A DNA stretch of 64,000 nucleotides from contig CAJXMT010000001.1 in NCBI GenBank assembly GCA_913056155.1, forward strand, positions 2,976 to 66,975. Reading direction: 5' to 3'. The notes beneath the pieces were generated by a model, which was not told where the DNA came from, made no database searches, and worked only from the letters and a program-made list of their open reading frames with translations. Every line of letters begins with the position of its first letter. Position 1 is the first letter of the stretch. Below are positions 1 through 9,015 of the stretch, piece after piece. The stretch is from an uncultured Cryomorphaceae bacterium (GTDB taxonomy: Bacteria > Bacteroidota > Bacteroidia > Flavobacteriales_G > Salibacteraceae). Made by a program: the position numbers and the translations under genes.

Positions 1-2
1 AA

Positions 3-671
3 AGAGACTGTTCTATCCAGCGACGTCATCAAAAACTTATCGAAGAAACCCCTTCGCCGTTTATGACCAAGGAGTTACGTAAAAAGATGGGTGAAGCTTC
101 CATAAAGGCGGTTGAGGCCATTCGGTACGAAGGAGTGGGAACCATTGAGTACTTAGTTGACAAACACCGCAACTTCTACTTTATGGAAATGAATACCCGT
201 ATTCAAGTTGAACACACCATAACTGAAGAGGTAATAGACTACGATCTCATCAAAGAACAAATTAAACTAGCGGCAGGTGATAAAATCACAAAAAAAGAAC
301 ATCTGCCTAAATTGCATGCAATTCAATGCCGAATCAACGCTGAAGATCCGGCAAATAATTGGCGCCCCTCACCCGGTAAAATTGAGGTGTATCATGAGCC
401 CGGCGGACACGGCATAAGAATTGACACGCATGTTTATGCGGGATATACCATTCCCCCGCATTACGACAGTATGATTTCAAAACTTATAGTTGTAGCACAA
501 ACGCGCGAGGAGGCTATCGCAAAAATGCGACGTGCTTTAGACGAATACATCATCGAAGGTATAAAAACAACCGTGCCCTTTCATATTGCACTACTCAAAA
601 CAGAAGCATTTAATAAAGGTCAATTTACAACAAACTTCCTGGAAGAGTGGGATTACAAAAAAGACCTGTAA
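3..671 (+). CDS. accC: acetyl-CoA carboxylase biotin carboxylase, C-terminal part (5' end lies outside the window)
   Basis: The frame is open from the window edge ([19 protein letters not shown]...). [15 protein letters not shown] and the C-terminal domain are typical of biotin carboxylase. Confidence 0.9.
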   Translation, partial: RDCSIQRRHQKLIEETPSPFMTKELRKKMGEASIKAVEAIRYEGVGTIEYLVDKHRNFYFMEMNTRIQVEHTITEEVIDYDLIKEQIKLAAGDKITKKEHLPKLHAIQCRINAEDPANNWRPSPGKIEVYHEPGGHGIRIDTHVYAGYTIPPHYDSMISKLIVVAQTREEAIAKMRRALDEYIIEGIKTTVPFHIALLKTEAFNKGQFTTNFLEEWDYKKDL

Positions 672-692
672 GCCCATTAATAATTCAAGCAC

Positions 693-719
693 AATAAGCC
701 CGCAATGCGCGGGCTTATT
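693..719 (+). terminator. hairpin downstream of accC
   Basis: AATAAGCCCGC / GCGGGCTTATT form an 11-bp stem 22 nt after the stop. The U-tract is weak. Confidence 0.45.
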
Positions 720-816
720 GCGTTTCAGCAGTCAGTAAATCGAAAACACTTTTACACCTTCGTTCCATGCTAAATAAGTACCTTTACAGTCTCAAAATAG
801 AAGCCCGCAAACAACA

Positions 817-1557
817 ATGAAGCTACTAGAACACGTAGGTCGTTTTACTTTGTTGATGTTCACCACTTTCAAATTCCCCGAAAGCTGGAAAGCATTGCGA
901 AAAAATGTGATTACGGAAATGCACAGCTTGGGTATCAAAAGCTTGGGTATTATTATTATTATTTCCGGCTTCATGGGAGCCGTCATCACCATACAAACGG
1001 CAACAAATTTAGAGTCGGGTCTCATCCCCGCCTACACCGTAGGATTTGCCGCCAGGCAAAGTGTGATTTTAGAATTTTCACCCACAATCATCGCGTTGAT
1101 TTTAGTGGGTAAAGTAGGTTCCAACATCAGTTCAGAAATTGGGACTATGCGCGTTACAGATCAAATTGACGCGTTGGAAATTATGGGAATTAACAGCGCC
1201 AATTACATTATTCTGCCCAAAATCATTGCAGCCGCATTGATCAACCCCTTCTTAATTACGTTAAGTATGGCAGTGAGTATTGGTGGCGGCTACGCAGCAG
1301 GTGTGCTATCCGGCTTAGTAAGCGGTGCCGACTATGAGTATGGCGCCAAATTGGATTTTAAGATGTATTTTTACTTTTACGCCATGGTTAAAACGGTTGT
1401 TTTCGCCTTTGTTCTTACAGCGGTACCTGCCTATTACGGCTATTTCACAAAAGGCGGATCGGTAAATGTGGGTAAATCCAGTACCGAGGCTGTGGTGGCG
1501 GGCAGCGTCATCATCTTGTTGCTCAATTATGTGCTCACTCAACTGTTATTGATATGA
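817..1557 (+). CDS. mlaE: MlaE-family ABC transporter permease
   Basis: 246-aa multi-TM protein with an MlaE/YrbE-like sequence (RVTDQIDALEIMGI). It overlaps the next ATPase gene by 4 nt. Confidence 0.75.
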   Translation: MKLLEHVGRFTLLMFTTFKFPESWKALRKNVITEMHSLGIKSLGIIIIISGFMGAVITIQTATNLESGLIPAYTVGFAARQSVILEFSPTIIALILVGKVGSNISSEIGTMRVTDQIDALEIMGINSANYIILPKIIAAALINPFLITLSMAVSIGGGYAAGVLSGLVSGADYEYGAKLDFKMYFYFYAMVKTVVFAFVLTAVPAYYGYFTKGGSVNVGKSSTEAVVAGSVIILLLNYVLTQLLLI

Positions 1558-2312
1558 TTGAAGTGAAAAACCTATATAAATCTTTTGGAGAAGAAGAAGT
1601 TCTTCGCGATATAAGCTTCAATTTCAAACCGGGTACTGTCAACGTAATTATTGGCGGCAGCGGCTCAGGCAAAACCGTATTGACGAAGTGTATTGTGGGA
1701 TTGTTTGAACTGACAAAAGGTCAAGTTTTATACGAGGGTGTTGATTTTCACCCCTTGTCTTTTGAGGAGAAAAAGGAAATTCGTAAACAAATCGGATTCC
1801 TGTTCCAGGGCGGCGCACTGTTCGACTCCCTCACCGTTGAAGAAAACGTCATGTTTCCGCTGAATATCTTTGAGCAAGGCACTCAAAAAGAGCGCAAAGA
1901 ACGCGTTGATTTTGTACTGAACCGCGTTAATTTAACCGGTTCTGAAAAAAAATACCCCGCTGAAATTTCGGGAGGAATGCAAAAGAGAGTAGCCATTGCG
2001 CGCGCCATTGCCATGAAGCCCAAATACCTTTTTTGTGACGAACCCAACTCCGGGCTCGATCCCAAAACTGCGATTGTCATTGATAACCTCATAGGCGAAA
2101 TTACGGCAGAATACAACATGACTACAGTGGTGATTACCCACGACATGAACTCTGTTTTGGAAATCGGTGAAAATATCATGTTCATTTACCAAGGCGAATT
2201 GGAGTGGAGCGGAACACGCGACGACATTCTCAAAACCACGAATAAAAACCTTTCCGATTTCGTCTATGCCTCTGATTTCATGAAACAAATACGATCCATA
2301 GCCAACAAATGA
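1554..2312 (+). CDS. mlaF: ABC transporter ATP-binding protein (MlaF-like)
   Basis: Walker A GGSGSGKT, signature ISGGMQKRVAIARA, Walker B LFCDEP. Confidence 0.8.
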   Translation: MIEVKNLYKSFGEEEVLRDISFNFKPGTVNVIIGGSGSGKTVLTKCIVGLFELTKGQVLYEGVDFHPLSFEEKKEIRKQIGFLFQGGALFDSLTVEENVMFPLNIFEQGTQKERKERVDFVLNRVNLTGSEKKYPAEISGGMQKRVAIARAIAMKPKYLFCDEPNSGLDPKTAIVIDNLIGEITAEYNMTTVVITHDMNSVLEIGENIMFIYQGELEWSGTRDDILKTTNKNLSDFVYASDFMKQIRSIANK

Positions 2313-2318
2313 TTTTCC

Positions 2319-2332
2319 TTTTGGTCAGAACC
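2319..2332 (+). repeat. iterated 14-mer TTTTGGTCAGAACC, exact copy (intergenic)
   Basis: Read directly from the sequence. Lies 7 nt after the ABC ATPase stop. Confidence 0.9.
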
Positions 2333-2518
2333 TCAAGCGTTTGTAAAGCGGTATTTCGAAGAATAAAAGCAAAGTACGAACCGGCTCAAGGTTTTAACCG
2401 AAAACCCCAAACAGATATTTCCAATTTACCGGGTAACCCCATTCATTTTACGAAACTACAAGCAGTACAATCACATATTTTCCGCATGACGAAACAGGAA
2501 CAAATCCCCTTAATTTCT

Positions 2519-2526
2519 TAATTTTG
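2519..2526 (+). promoter_or_regulatory. Bacteroidota -7 box TAATTTTG
   Basis: Matches TAnnTTTG. Ends 27 nt upstream of the ATG at 2553. Confidence 0.4.
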
Positions 2527-2552
2527 ACGCTTGTAAAAACTCAAATGATCAT

Positions 2553-3323
2553 ATGACAGACAAAACCACACAAGGCGGCGTAACAACCGAAATCGAAAAC
2601 GGAATAGCGACAATAGAATTTTTTCATCCTGCAAGTAACTCCCTTCCCGGAAAAGTGCTGGCTGAACTAGCCGGCGAAATCACAGCAGCGGGTAAAAACG
2701 ATCAAGCAAAAGTAATTGTTTTAAAATCCGGCGGTGACCGTGCGTTTTGTGCCGGCGCCTCATTTGATGAGCTTTTGGCCATTGAAGATTTTGAAACGGG
2801 TAAAAAGTTTTTCATGGGATTTGCGAACGTCATCAATGCAGCTCGCCAATGCCCTAAACTCATCATTGGTCGCGTGCAGGGAAAAACTGTAGGCGGCGGT
2901 GTAGGTATGGCTTCAGCAGTAGATTATTGCTTGGCCACGAAATACGCCTCCGTAAAACTCAGCGAACTCGCCATCGGGATAGGCCCATTTGTAGTGGGGC
3001 CGGCAGTTGAACGCAAGGTGGGAACCTCGGCCATGTCCCAATTGGCTATTGACGCCGGTGAATGGCAAACCGCTGAATGGGCGCGCCAAAAAGGGTTATA
3101 CACAGAAGTATTTGATACCGCAAATCAATTGGATGAAGCCGTGCACAGCCTCGCCGAAAAACTTTCAAAGTACAATCCCGATGCGATGAAGGAACTCAAA
3201 AAAATATTTTGGGAAGGCACTGAAGATTGGGATGAAAAACTGAGTTCGAGAGCTGCCCTCAGCGGCAAATTAGTGCTCGGTGATTTTACTAAAGACTTTA
3301 TTCAAAAATTCAAAAACAAATAA
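2553..3323 (+). CDS. enoyl-CoA hydratase/isomerase family protein
   Basis: Crotonase-fold motifs (FCAGASFDEL, GKTVGGGVGMA). Confidence 0.8.
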   Translation: MTDKTTQGGVTTEIENGIATIEFFHPASNSLPGKVLAELAGEITAAGKNDQAKVIVLKSGGDRAFCAGASFDELLAIEDFETGKKFFMGFANVINAARQCPKLIIGRVQGKTVGGGVGMASAVDYCLATKYASVKLSELAIGIGPFVVGPAVERKVGTSAMSQLAIDAGEWQTAEWARQKGLYTEVFDTANQLDEAVHSLAEKLSKYNPDAMKELKKIFWEGTEDWDEKLSSRAALSGKLVLGDFTKDFIQKFKNK

Positions 3324-3380
3324 ACCACTTCACACCCGGCGGTTTTAAAGCAACAATATCGCGCTTAACACCATTCCATT

Positions 3381-5093
3381 ATGACACGAGAAGAAATTAC
3401 AGACAAGTTGAAAAACTTGGCAGAGGCCGAAATGAATAATGAAACGTTTAAAGAGGCTAAAGAACTCAAGGCTCAATTTGACACCGAAACTGCGGCTATC
3501 AACCAAAAACAACTTGAGGACTTTTTAAACGATGGCGGAGAGAAAAATGAGTTTAAAATAAAGCGCGACAAACTCGATGAGGCTATTGAAAACACATGGG
3601 TGCACGTAAAGAAATCCCATAGAGAAAAACAAAAAGAAGAGGCTGCCCAACAACGCGTTAACCTTACCCTAAAACGCGAAATTATAGAGGACATTGAAAA
3701 ACTCGCCGAGAAGGAAGAAAATATCAAAAGAGCTTTTGAAACTATGAAAGAGCTCGAGGAAAAATGGAAATCTACAGGTCCTGTCCCCTCTTCTGACTTT
3801 AGTGCGTTACAAGCCGACTTCAGCAAGGCTCGCGATGCTTTTTTCTACAACATCAGAATTCACAAAGAGCTGTTTGAACACGACTTAAAACGAAACCTCC
3901 AACTCAAACAGGAATTGGTAGATAAGATGAATCAACTTAAAGAAAACCCTAAAATTAAAGAGGTTGATGCTTTGGCGAAATCCTACTTAAAAGATTGGGA
4001 TGAAATTGGCCCCACCTTTAAAGAAGAATGGGAAAAAGTTCGCGATGACTTTAGAGAAGCACGTTTTGCAGCTTTTGAACGCATTAAGGAACATTACCAA
4101 AAAGTCAAAGAGCAACAAAAAGAAAACTTGACCAAAAAAGAGGCTATTTTGGAAAAGGCAGAAAACATCTTGAAAGAAGATATTCAAACCAAAAAACACT
4201 GGAATAAACTCACAGACTTTTACAAGGAGTTACAAACCGAGTGGAGAAAAATAGGTTTTGCACCTAAAGATAAAAATGAGGAGGTTTGGAAGCGATTTAA
4301 AGAAGCCGGAGATGCATTTTTTGCGCGCAAAAAAGAATTTTTCAAGGATTTGCGGGAGGCTCAAAACAAAAACAGAGATATTAAACAAGACTTGCTCAAG
4401 AGTGCTGACGAATTAAAGGAATCTGAAGAATGGAAAGACACCACGGAAAAACTCAAGCAACTTCAAAACAAGTGGACTTCCACCGGTGCGGCTTCGCAGC
4501 GTGATGAACAAAAGTTATGGCTCAGGTTTCGCGAGGCTTGCAACTCCTTTTTCGACCGAAAAAAAGAACATTTCGCCGGTCGTAAACAAGAAGAGATTGA
4601 AAATTTGAAAGCCAAAAAAGAACTCATTGAACAAATTAACGCGATAGAAGCGGGTGACGATCAAAAAAGCACTTTGGAAACACTCGAATCTAAAATTGAG
4701 GCATTCAATAAAACAGGCTTTGTACCGATCAAAAACAAAGGGGAAATTCAAAACGATTTTCGCTCAGCAACCCAAAAAGCTTATCAAAAGCTGGGACTTT
4801 CCCGAGAGGAAATCACCAAGAAACAACTGAATCACAAGCTCGACGAAATCAAACAAACGGGAGATACGAGAACGCTTGAACGCGAAAAACGCAATATCAC
4901 TGACAAAATGAAAGAGCTTGAATCTGTAATCAGTCAATATGAAAATAATATGAGTTTTTTCGGATTGTCCAAAGGAGCTGAACAACTCAAAAAAGAGGTG
5001 GAAGAAAAACTGGACGGAACTCGAAACAAATATGAGAACCTGAAAAAACAACTTATCGCCATCAAAAAGACGATACGCGAAACACAATCTTAA
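3381..5093 (+). CDS. DUF349 domain-containing protein
   Basis: 570-aa K/E-rich protein with repeated units of the form W..IG......E.LW.RF..A.D.FF.RKKE. Confidence 0.7.
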   Translation: MTREEITDKLKNLAEAEMNNETFKEAKELKAQFDTETAAINQKQLEDFLNDGGEKNEFKIKRDKLDEAIENTWVHVKKSHREKQKEEAAQQRVNLTLKREIIEDIEKLAEKEENIKRAFETMKELEEKWKSTGPVPSSDFSALQADFSKARDAFFYNIRIHKELFEHDLKRNLQLKQELVDKMNQLKENPKIKEVDALAKSYLKDWDEIGPTFKEEWEKVRDDFREARFAAFERIKEHYQKVKEQQKENLTKKEAILEKAENILKEDIQTKKHWNKLTDFYKELQTEWRKIGFAPKDKNEEVWKRFKEAGDAFFARKKEFFKDLREAQNKNRDIKQDLLKSADELKESEEWKDTTEKLKQLQNKWTSTGAASQRDEQKLWLRFREACNSFFDRKKEHFAGRKQEEIENLKAKKELIEQINAIEAGDDQKSTLETLESKIEAFNKTGFVPIKNKGEIQNDFRSATQKAYQKLGLSREEITKKQLNHKLDEIKQTGDTRTLEREKRNITDKMKELESVISQYENNMSFFGLSKGAEQLKKEVEEKLDGTRNKYENLKKQLIAIKKTIRETQS

Positions 5094-5123
5094 TGATTAT
5101 CTTTGGAAAAATATTAAAGCCCT

Positions 5124-5993
5124 ATGAAAAAGATCTTATTTCCCACTGATTTTTCTGACGCCGCACAAAATGCAGAAGACTATGCTTATGAATTGGCCTT
5201 GCAATACAATTTAGAGCTGCACTTTATTCACTCTATTGATGTTACCAAAAAGTATCTCAATATGAGTATGATGAATTCAGGAGATCCTTCCGTTCCGGGG
5301 TTTGAACCCGAGTTGATTTTAAAAACGGTAGAAGAAGAAAAGAAAACCGCAAATGCTAATCTCGATAAACTCAAAGAAAAGGCGGAGAAACAGAACATCA
5401 CTTCCCAAGTGAAACTCAGTTCGGGTAATATGCATGAAGATGTGATTCAATATGCCAAAGAAAAGGAAATAGACCTGATCGTGATGGGAACTCACGGAGC
5501 AAGCGGTTTTCACGAAGCTTTTATTGGTTCAAATGCCCAAAAAGTTGTGAGGCTCTCTCCGGTTCCGGTTCTGACCATTAAGGAAAAACCCAATGACGTT
5601 AAATTTGAAAATGTTGTTTTTGCATCAGACTTTGTTGAAGATGAAATAATCGACTTGCTGCCCAAAGTAAAAGATACAGCTTCATTTTTAGGCTCCGGTT
5701 TGGATGTGGTATATATCAATACGCCAACGCATTTTGAACGTACAGATGTTTCATTAAAACGCATGATGTCTGCGCTTGAAAAACACGATGTTTCTTTTTC
5801 TCAATGCGATGTTTTTAATGATTTCGATATTGAAGACGGTATTGTGAATTATGCAAATCACCGCGATGCCGACTTGATCATCTTAATTACTCACGGTTTT
5901 AGCGGTTTGAAAAAACTGTTCAACGACAACATCACTGAAGCTGTTGTTAACAGTGCCAAAAGACCCGTTTTAAGTGTTAATTTACAGTCTTAA
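5124..5993 (+). CDS. universal stress protein (tandem Usp domains)
   Basis: Two Usp-like halves (MKKILFPTDFS..., DLIVMGTHGASG / DLIILITHGFSG). Confidence 0.75.
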   Translation: MKKILFPTDFSDAAQNAEDYAYELALQYNLELHFIHSIDVTKKYLNMSMMNSGDPSVPGFEPELILKTVEEEKKTANANLDKLKEKAEKQNITSQVKLSSGNMHEDVIQYAKEKEIDLIVMGTHGASGFHEAFIGSNAQKVVRLSPVPVLTIKEKPNDVKFENVVFASDFVEDEIIDLLPKVKDTASFLGSGLDVVYINTPTHFERTDVSLKRMMSALEKHDVSFSQCDVFNDFDIEDGIVNYANHRDADLIILITHGFSGLKKLFNDNITEAVVNSAKRPVLSVNLQS

Positions 5994-6005
5994 AGTTAAA
6001 TACTT

Positions 6006-7091
6006 TTAGAGCTTGACGGATAGTGCTGTCCCGGCAAAAAGATTAAAATCCTTGTAGTTTGCTCCCGGCCAAAGCGTGCCGGTGCGCGGTTGAAAAGTGC
6101 GGCACTCCAAGCGCCAAAGTACATTTTCACGCAAGTCAAAATCGGTGTTTAACGAGTAGCCAAACGTTTCAAATCCCGCGGGAAATCCGGCAGAAAGAAT
6201 TACGTTATCGGGATCTGAATAATACTCTGCCCGAGCAGAGACAGAGATTTTTTCACCGGCTTGCCATTGCGCAACCACAACAGGAGAATACCAGGTGTTG
6301 TATTTTGTTGCTCGGTAACTTTCTTGTTCTACTCCAATATCAAAACCGGCAACAAAATTAAATCGCTCACTCAACTCTACCTCAGCATATAAGTTGTGGA
6401 AATATCGCATTCTACGCTCAGTATCGGGATACTCACTCCCAACAAACGAGCTGCTTGTAAAGGAAAATGCAGCTGAAGGAGAAAACCTCAACTCATGACC
6501 AAAGGCGGGCAAACTACTGCCGGGAACACGTGTAATACGCTGCCAACCGTTGAGCATCATAGCACTTGCAAACCATTTTTCATTTTTCGAGGTGTAAGAG
6601 AGTTTCACGCCCGCCTCGTAATAAGGTGAGTTTTCAGCCAATATGCCGCGCGTCATGGTTCTACACCGCCTACCAACAGCACTTTCAAACCCGATATGCG
6701 ATTCAAAAACACCGGCGTCAATCCACAGCTCATGATCTTCAAGCAGCTTAACGCCGGCATTGGCTTCGAATATATTTCTCAAATATAAGGGCTCGTGGGC
6801 TAAATTGGCACCCGCATAGGTACCGCTCATCAGCGCTAAATTTGCCCGCGTCCCGGCAGTTTTATAATCAACTTTGAGGTAACCCAAATTCAAATTTACC
6901 TCGTTGTGCCTGTTGAAATTAAACAAAAAGGGCGGCGTATTATGATTCTCGGGATTTGCAAAATCATACAGGTAATACAACTCGACGTATCCACTAAATG
7001 TTAGATTTTCACCAAAGGTCGGCTCACCCTCATCTTGCCCCAAACAAGTGAAAACAATTAAACTAAAAACAAGCAGTAAGCCTTTTTTCAT
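6006..7091 (-). CDS. putative outer-membrane beta-barrel porin
   Basis: Signal peptide, alternating beta-strand pattern and a C-terminal aromatic-rich strand. Overlaps the upstream GH3 gene by 4 nt. Confidence 0.5.
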   Translation of the reverse strand: MKKGLLLVFSLIVFTCLGQDEGEPTFGENLTFSGYVELYYLYDFANPENHNTPPFLFNFNRHNEVNLNLGYLKVDYKTAGTRANLALMSGTYAGANLAHEPLYLRNIFEANAGVKLLEDHELWIDAGVFESHIGFESAVGRRCRTMTRGILAENSPYYEAGVKLSYTSKNEKWFASAMMLNGWQRITRVPGSSLPAFGHELRFSPSAAFSFTSSSFVGSEYPDTERRMRYFHNLYAEVELSERFNFVAGFDIGVEQESYRATKYNTWYSPVVVAQWQAGEKISVSARAEYYSDPDNVILSAGFPAGFETFGYSLNTDFDLRENVLWRLECRTFQPRTGTLWPGANYKDFNLFAGTALSVKL

Positions 7092-8584
7092 ACCTTGTAC
7101 ACCTCCATAAAATCGGCAATTTTACGATCGTCAGCCAATCGCGGAATTTTATTTTGTCCGCCCAACTTACCCCGGCTCTTCATCATCTCCACAAATCCGT
7201 TTCGTTTCACTTTTGAAACAACAAGAGGTCTTAAAATATTACCCTCAATCAAATCTTTGTAGTACGGGTTTTTTGAACACATCAACTCATTCAAAAAGGA
7301 GGAGAAACGCTCCATATTGTGCGGTTCGGTTTCAAACTCAACAAACCACTCGTGGTACGGTTTTCCCTGCGCCGGACTCACTTGAGGAGCTACGTGAAAC
7401 TCACGCACCTGAGCATCAAATTGATCCAGCGTTTCCTTCATTGCCGACTCGGCCTCCTCAGCAATAACGTGTTCGCCAAAAGCCGATATAAAGTGACTTA
7501 CACGCCCCGTTACCACAATGCGATATGGGTTTAACGATACAAATTTTATTTTATCTCCAATATTGTAAGCCCACAAACCGGCATTGGTAGAGAGTATTAT
7601 AGCGTAGTGAACATCTTTTTTCACCTGTGCCAAGGTAAGGCGCGTAGGATTTTCATTATTTATTTCATCGGCAGGCACAAATTCAAAAAACATCCCCGCA
7701 TTGGTATTGAGCAATAAACCGGGTTGCGTTTGTGAATCTTGAAAAGCAATAAAACCCTCGCTCGCCGGATACGTCTCAACAGAGGGCACTTCTTTACCTA
7801 TTAGCTTCTTAAAAATGGCGCGGTACGGCGCATAGTTTAAACCGCCGTAAACAAACAATGAAAAACCGGGGAAAACCTCAGCCACGGTTTTTTTTCCCGT
7901 TACCTCAAGTAATCTCTCAAAATACATTTGCACCCATGAGGGAATTCCGCTAATAAGGCGCATATCAGCTGTTTTGGTTTCATCTACTACCGCATCCACC
8001 TTTTTTTCCCAATCCTCAATGCAATTCGTCTCCCAAGTCGGCATTCGGTTTTTTTGCAAATAGCCCGGCACCCAATGTGCTGTAATTCCGCTCAAACGAC
8101 CCACGGGAATATTAATTTTTTTATCCAACACCGGGCTCCCCTGCAAAAACATCATTTTACCATCTAAAAACTTTGAATTCCCGGTTTCGGCAATATAGCA
8201 CAGCAGCGCATTTTTGGCTGCTTTTATATGAAAAGGCACCGATTCCTTTGTCAACGGAATATATTTGGCTCCCGAAGTTGTACCCGATGTTTTACAAAAA
8301 TAAGCGGGTACTCCCGGCCAAAGCACGTCCTTTTCGCCCTCTATGATTCGATCTACATAAGGTTTATGGCCTTCATAATCTCTCAAGGGCACGTGCTTTA
8401 CAAAATCTGCATGGGTTTTAACTTCATCAAAATTATGGTCAGAACCAAAAGCCGTTTGCCTCGCTTTGCCGATAAGTGTCACCAAGGTTTTTTCTTGAAG
8501 CTCCACAGCTTTTAATGCCTCATTGCGCACCTTTTTAGCTACGGACTTAGCATATATTTTTCCACCAAAAGATTTTATTCCCAT
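7088..8584 (-). CDS. GH3 (auxin-responsive promoter) family adenylating enzyme
   Basis: 498 aa. The FCKTSGTTSGAKYIP motif and overall layout are typical of bacterial GH3-family proteins. Confidence 0.75.
   Translation of the reverse strand: MGIKSFGGKIYAKSVAKKVRNEALKAVELQEKTLVTLIGKARQTAFGSDHNFDEVKTHADFVKHVPLRDYEGHKPYVDRIIEGEKDVLWPGVPAYFCKTSGTTSGAKYIPLTKESVPFHIKAAKNALLCYIAETGNSKFLDGKMMFLQGSPVLDKKINIPVGRLSGITAHWVPGYLQKNRMPTWETNCIEDWEKKVDAVVDETKTADMRLISGIPSWVQMYFERLLEVTGKKTVAEVFPGFSLFVYGGLNYAPYRAIFKKLIGKEVPSVETYPASEGFIAFQDSQTQPGLLLNTNAGMFFEFVPADEINNENPTRLTLAQVKKDVHYAIILSTNAGLWAYNIGDKIKFVSLNPYRIVVTGRVSHFISAFGEHVIAEEAESAMKETLDQFDAQVREFHVAPQVSPAQGKPYHEWFVEFETEPHNMERFSSFLNELMCSKNPYYKDLIEGNILRPLVVSKVKRNGFVEMMKSRGKLGGQNKIPRLADDRKIADFMEVYKV
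8443..8456 (+). repeat. iterated 14-mer, 13/14 copy (TTATGGTCAGAACC) inside the GH3 CDS
   Basis: Read directly. Followed by AAAA. Encodes G-S-D-H on the gene strand. Confidence 0.7.
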
Positions 8585-8698
8585 ACCGTATCGTTATTCC
8601 TGAATAAACAACAAAAGTAAGATATAAAAAGTGAGTTTCAATTGAGAGCGAATTTTCCTCGGGATACTAAAAGCATCACTTTTTGAGCAGTTGAATTG

Positions 8699-8712
8699 GG
8701 TTCTGACCAAAA
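8699..8712 (-). repeat. iterated 14-mer, exact copy (intergenic)
   Basis: The plus strand reads GGTTCTGACCAAAA. Lies 115 nt upstream of the GH3 start. Confidence 0.9.
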
Positions 8713-9015
8713 CACAAAAAGGAAAATAAAATAATGGTAAGTTATCGAGATGCCGATTAAGTTATTTAAAAACTCACACAGCAAAATGTGTGCTAAAATT
8801 CATTTCAAAAATCTTTTCAAAATATGATTCCCTCAAAATCATTGCGGCGACTCGGGAAAAATAAGTTATCAACTTACAGCCGGGAATTTAGTTTTTCAAA
8901 CCTATTGCATCTCCCTTTTAAGTAGCTTTATTTTGTTGCTCTTTCCTCCTTTGAAAAGAAAGAAAATTGTTTTTTCCAAGAATATCAAGTCTAGTATTTT
9001 ATAAAATTCAATGTT

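Noticed and set aside
2309-2521. 70-aa plus-strand ORF between the ABC ATPase and the enoyl-CoA hydratase gene
   Set aside because: Its composition looks non-coding. It spans the iterated 14-mer and the -7 box of the next gene, and I recognise no family. I treat the interval as intergenic.
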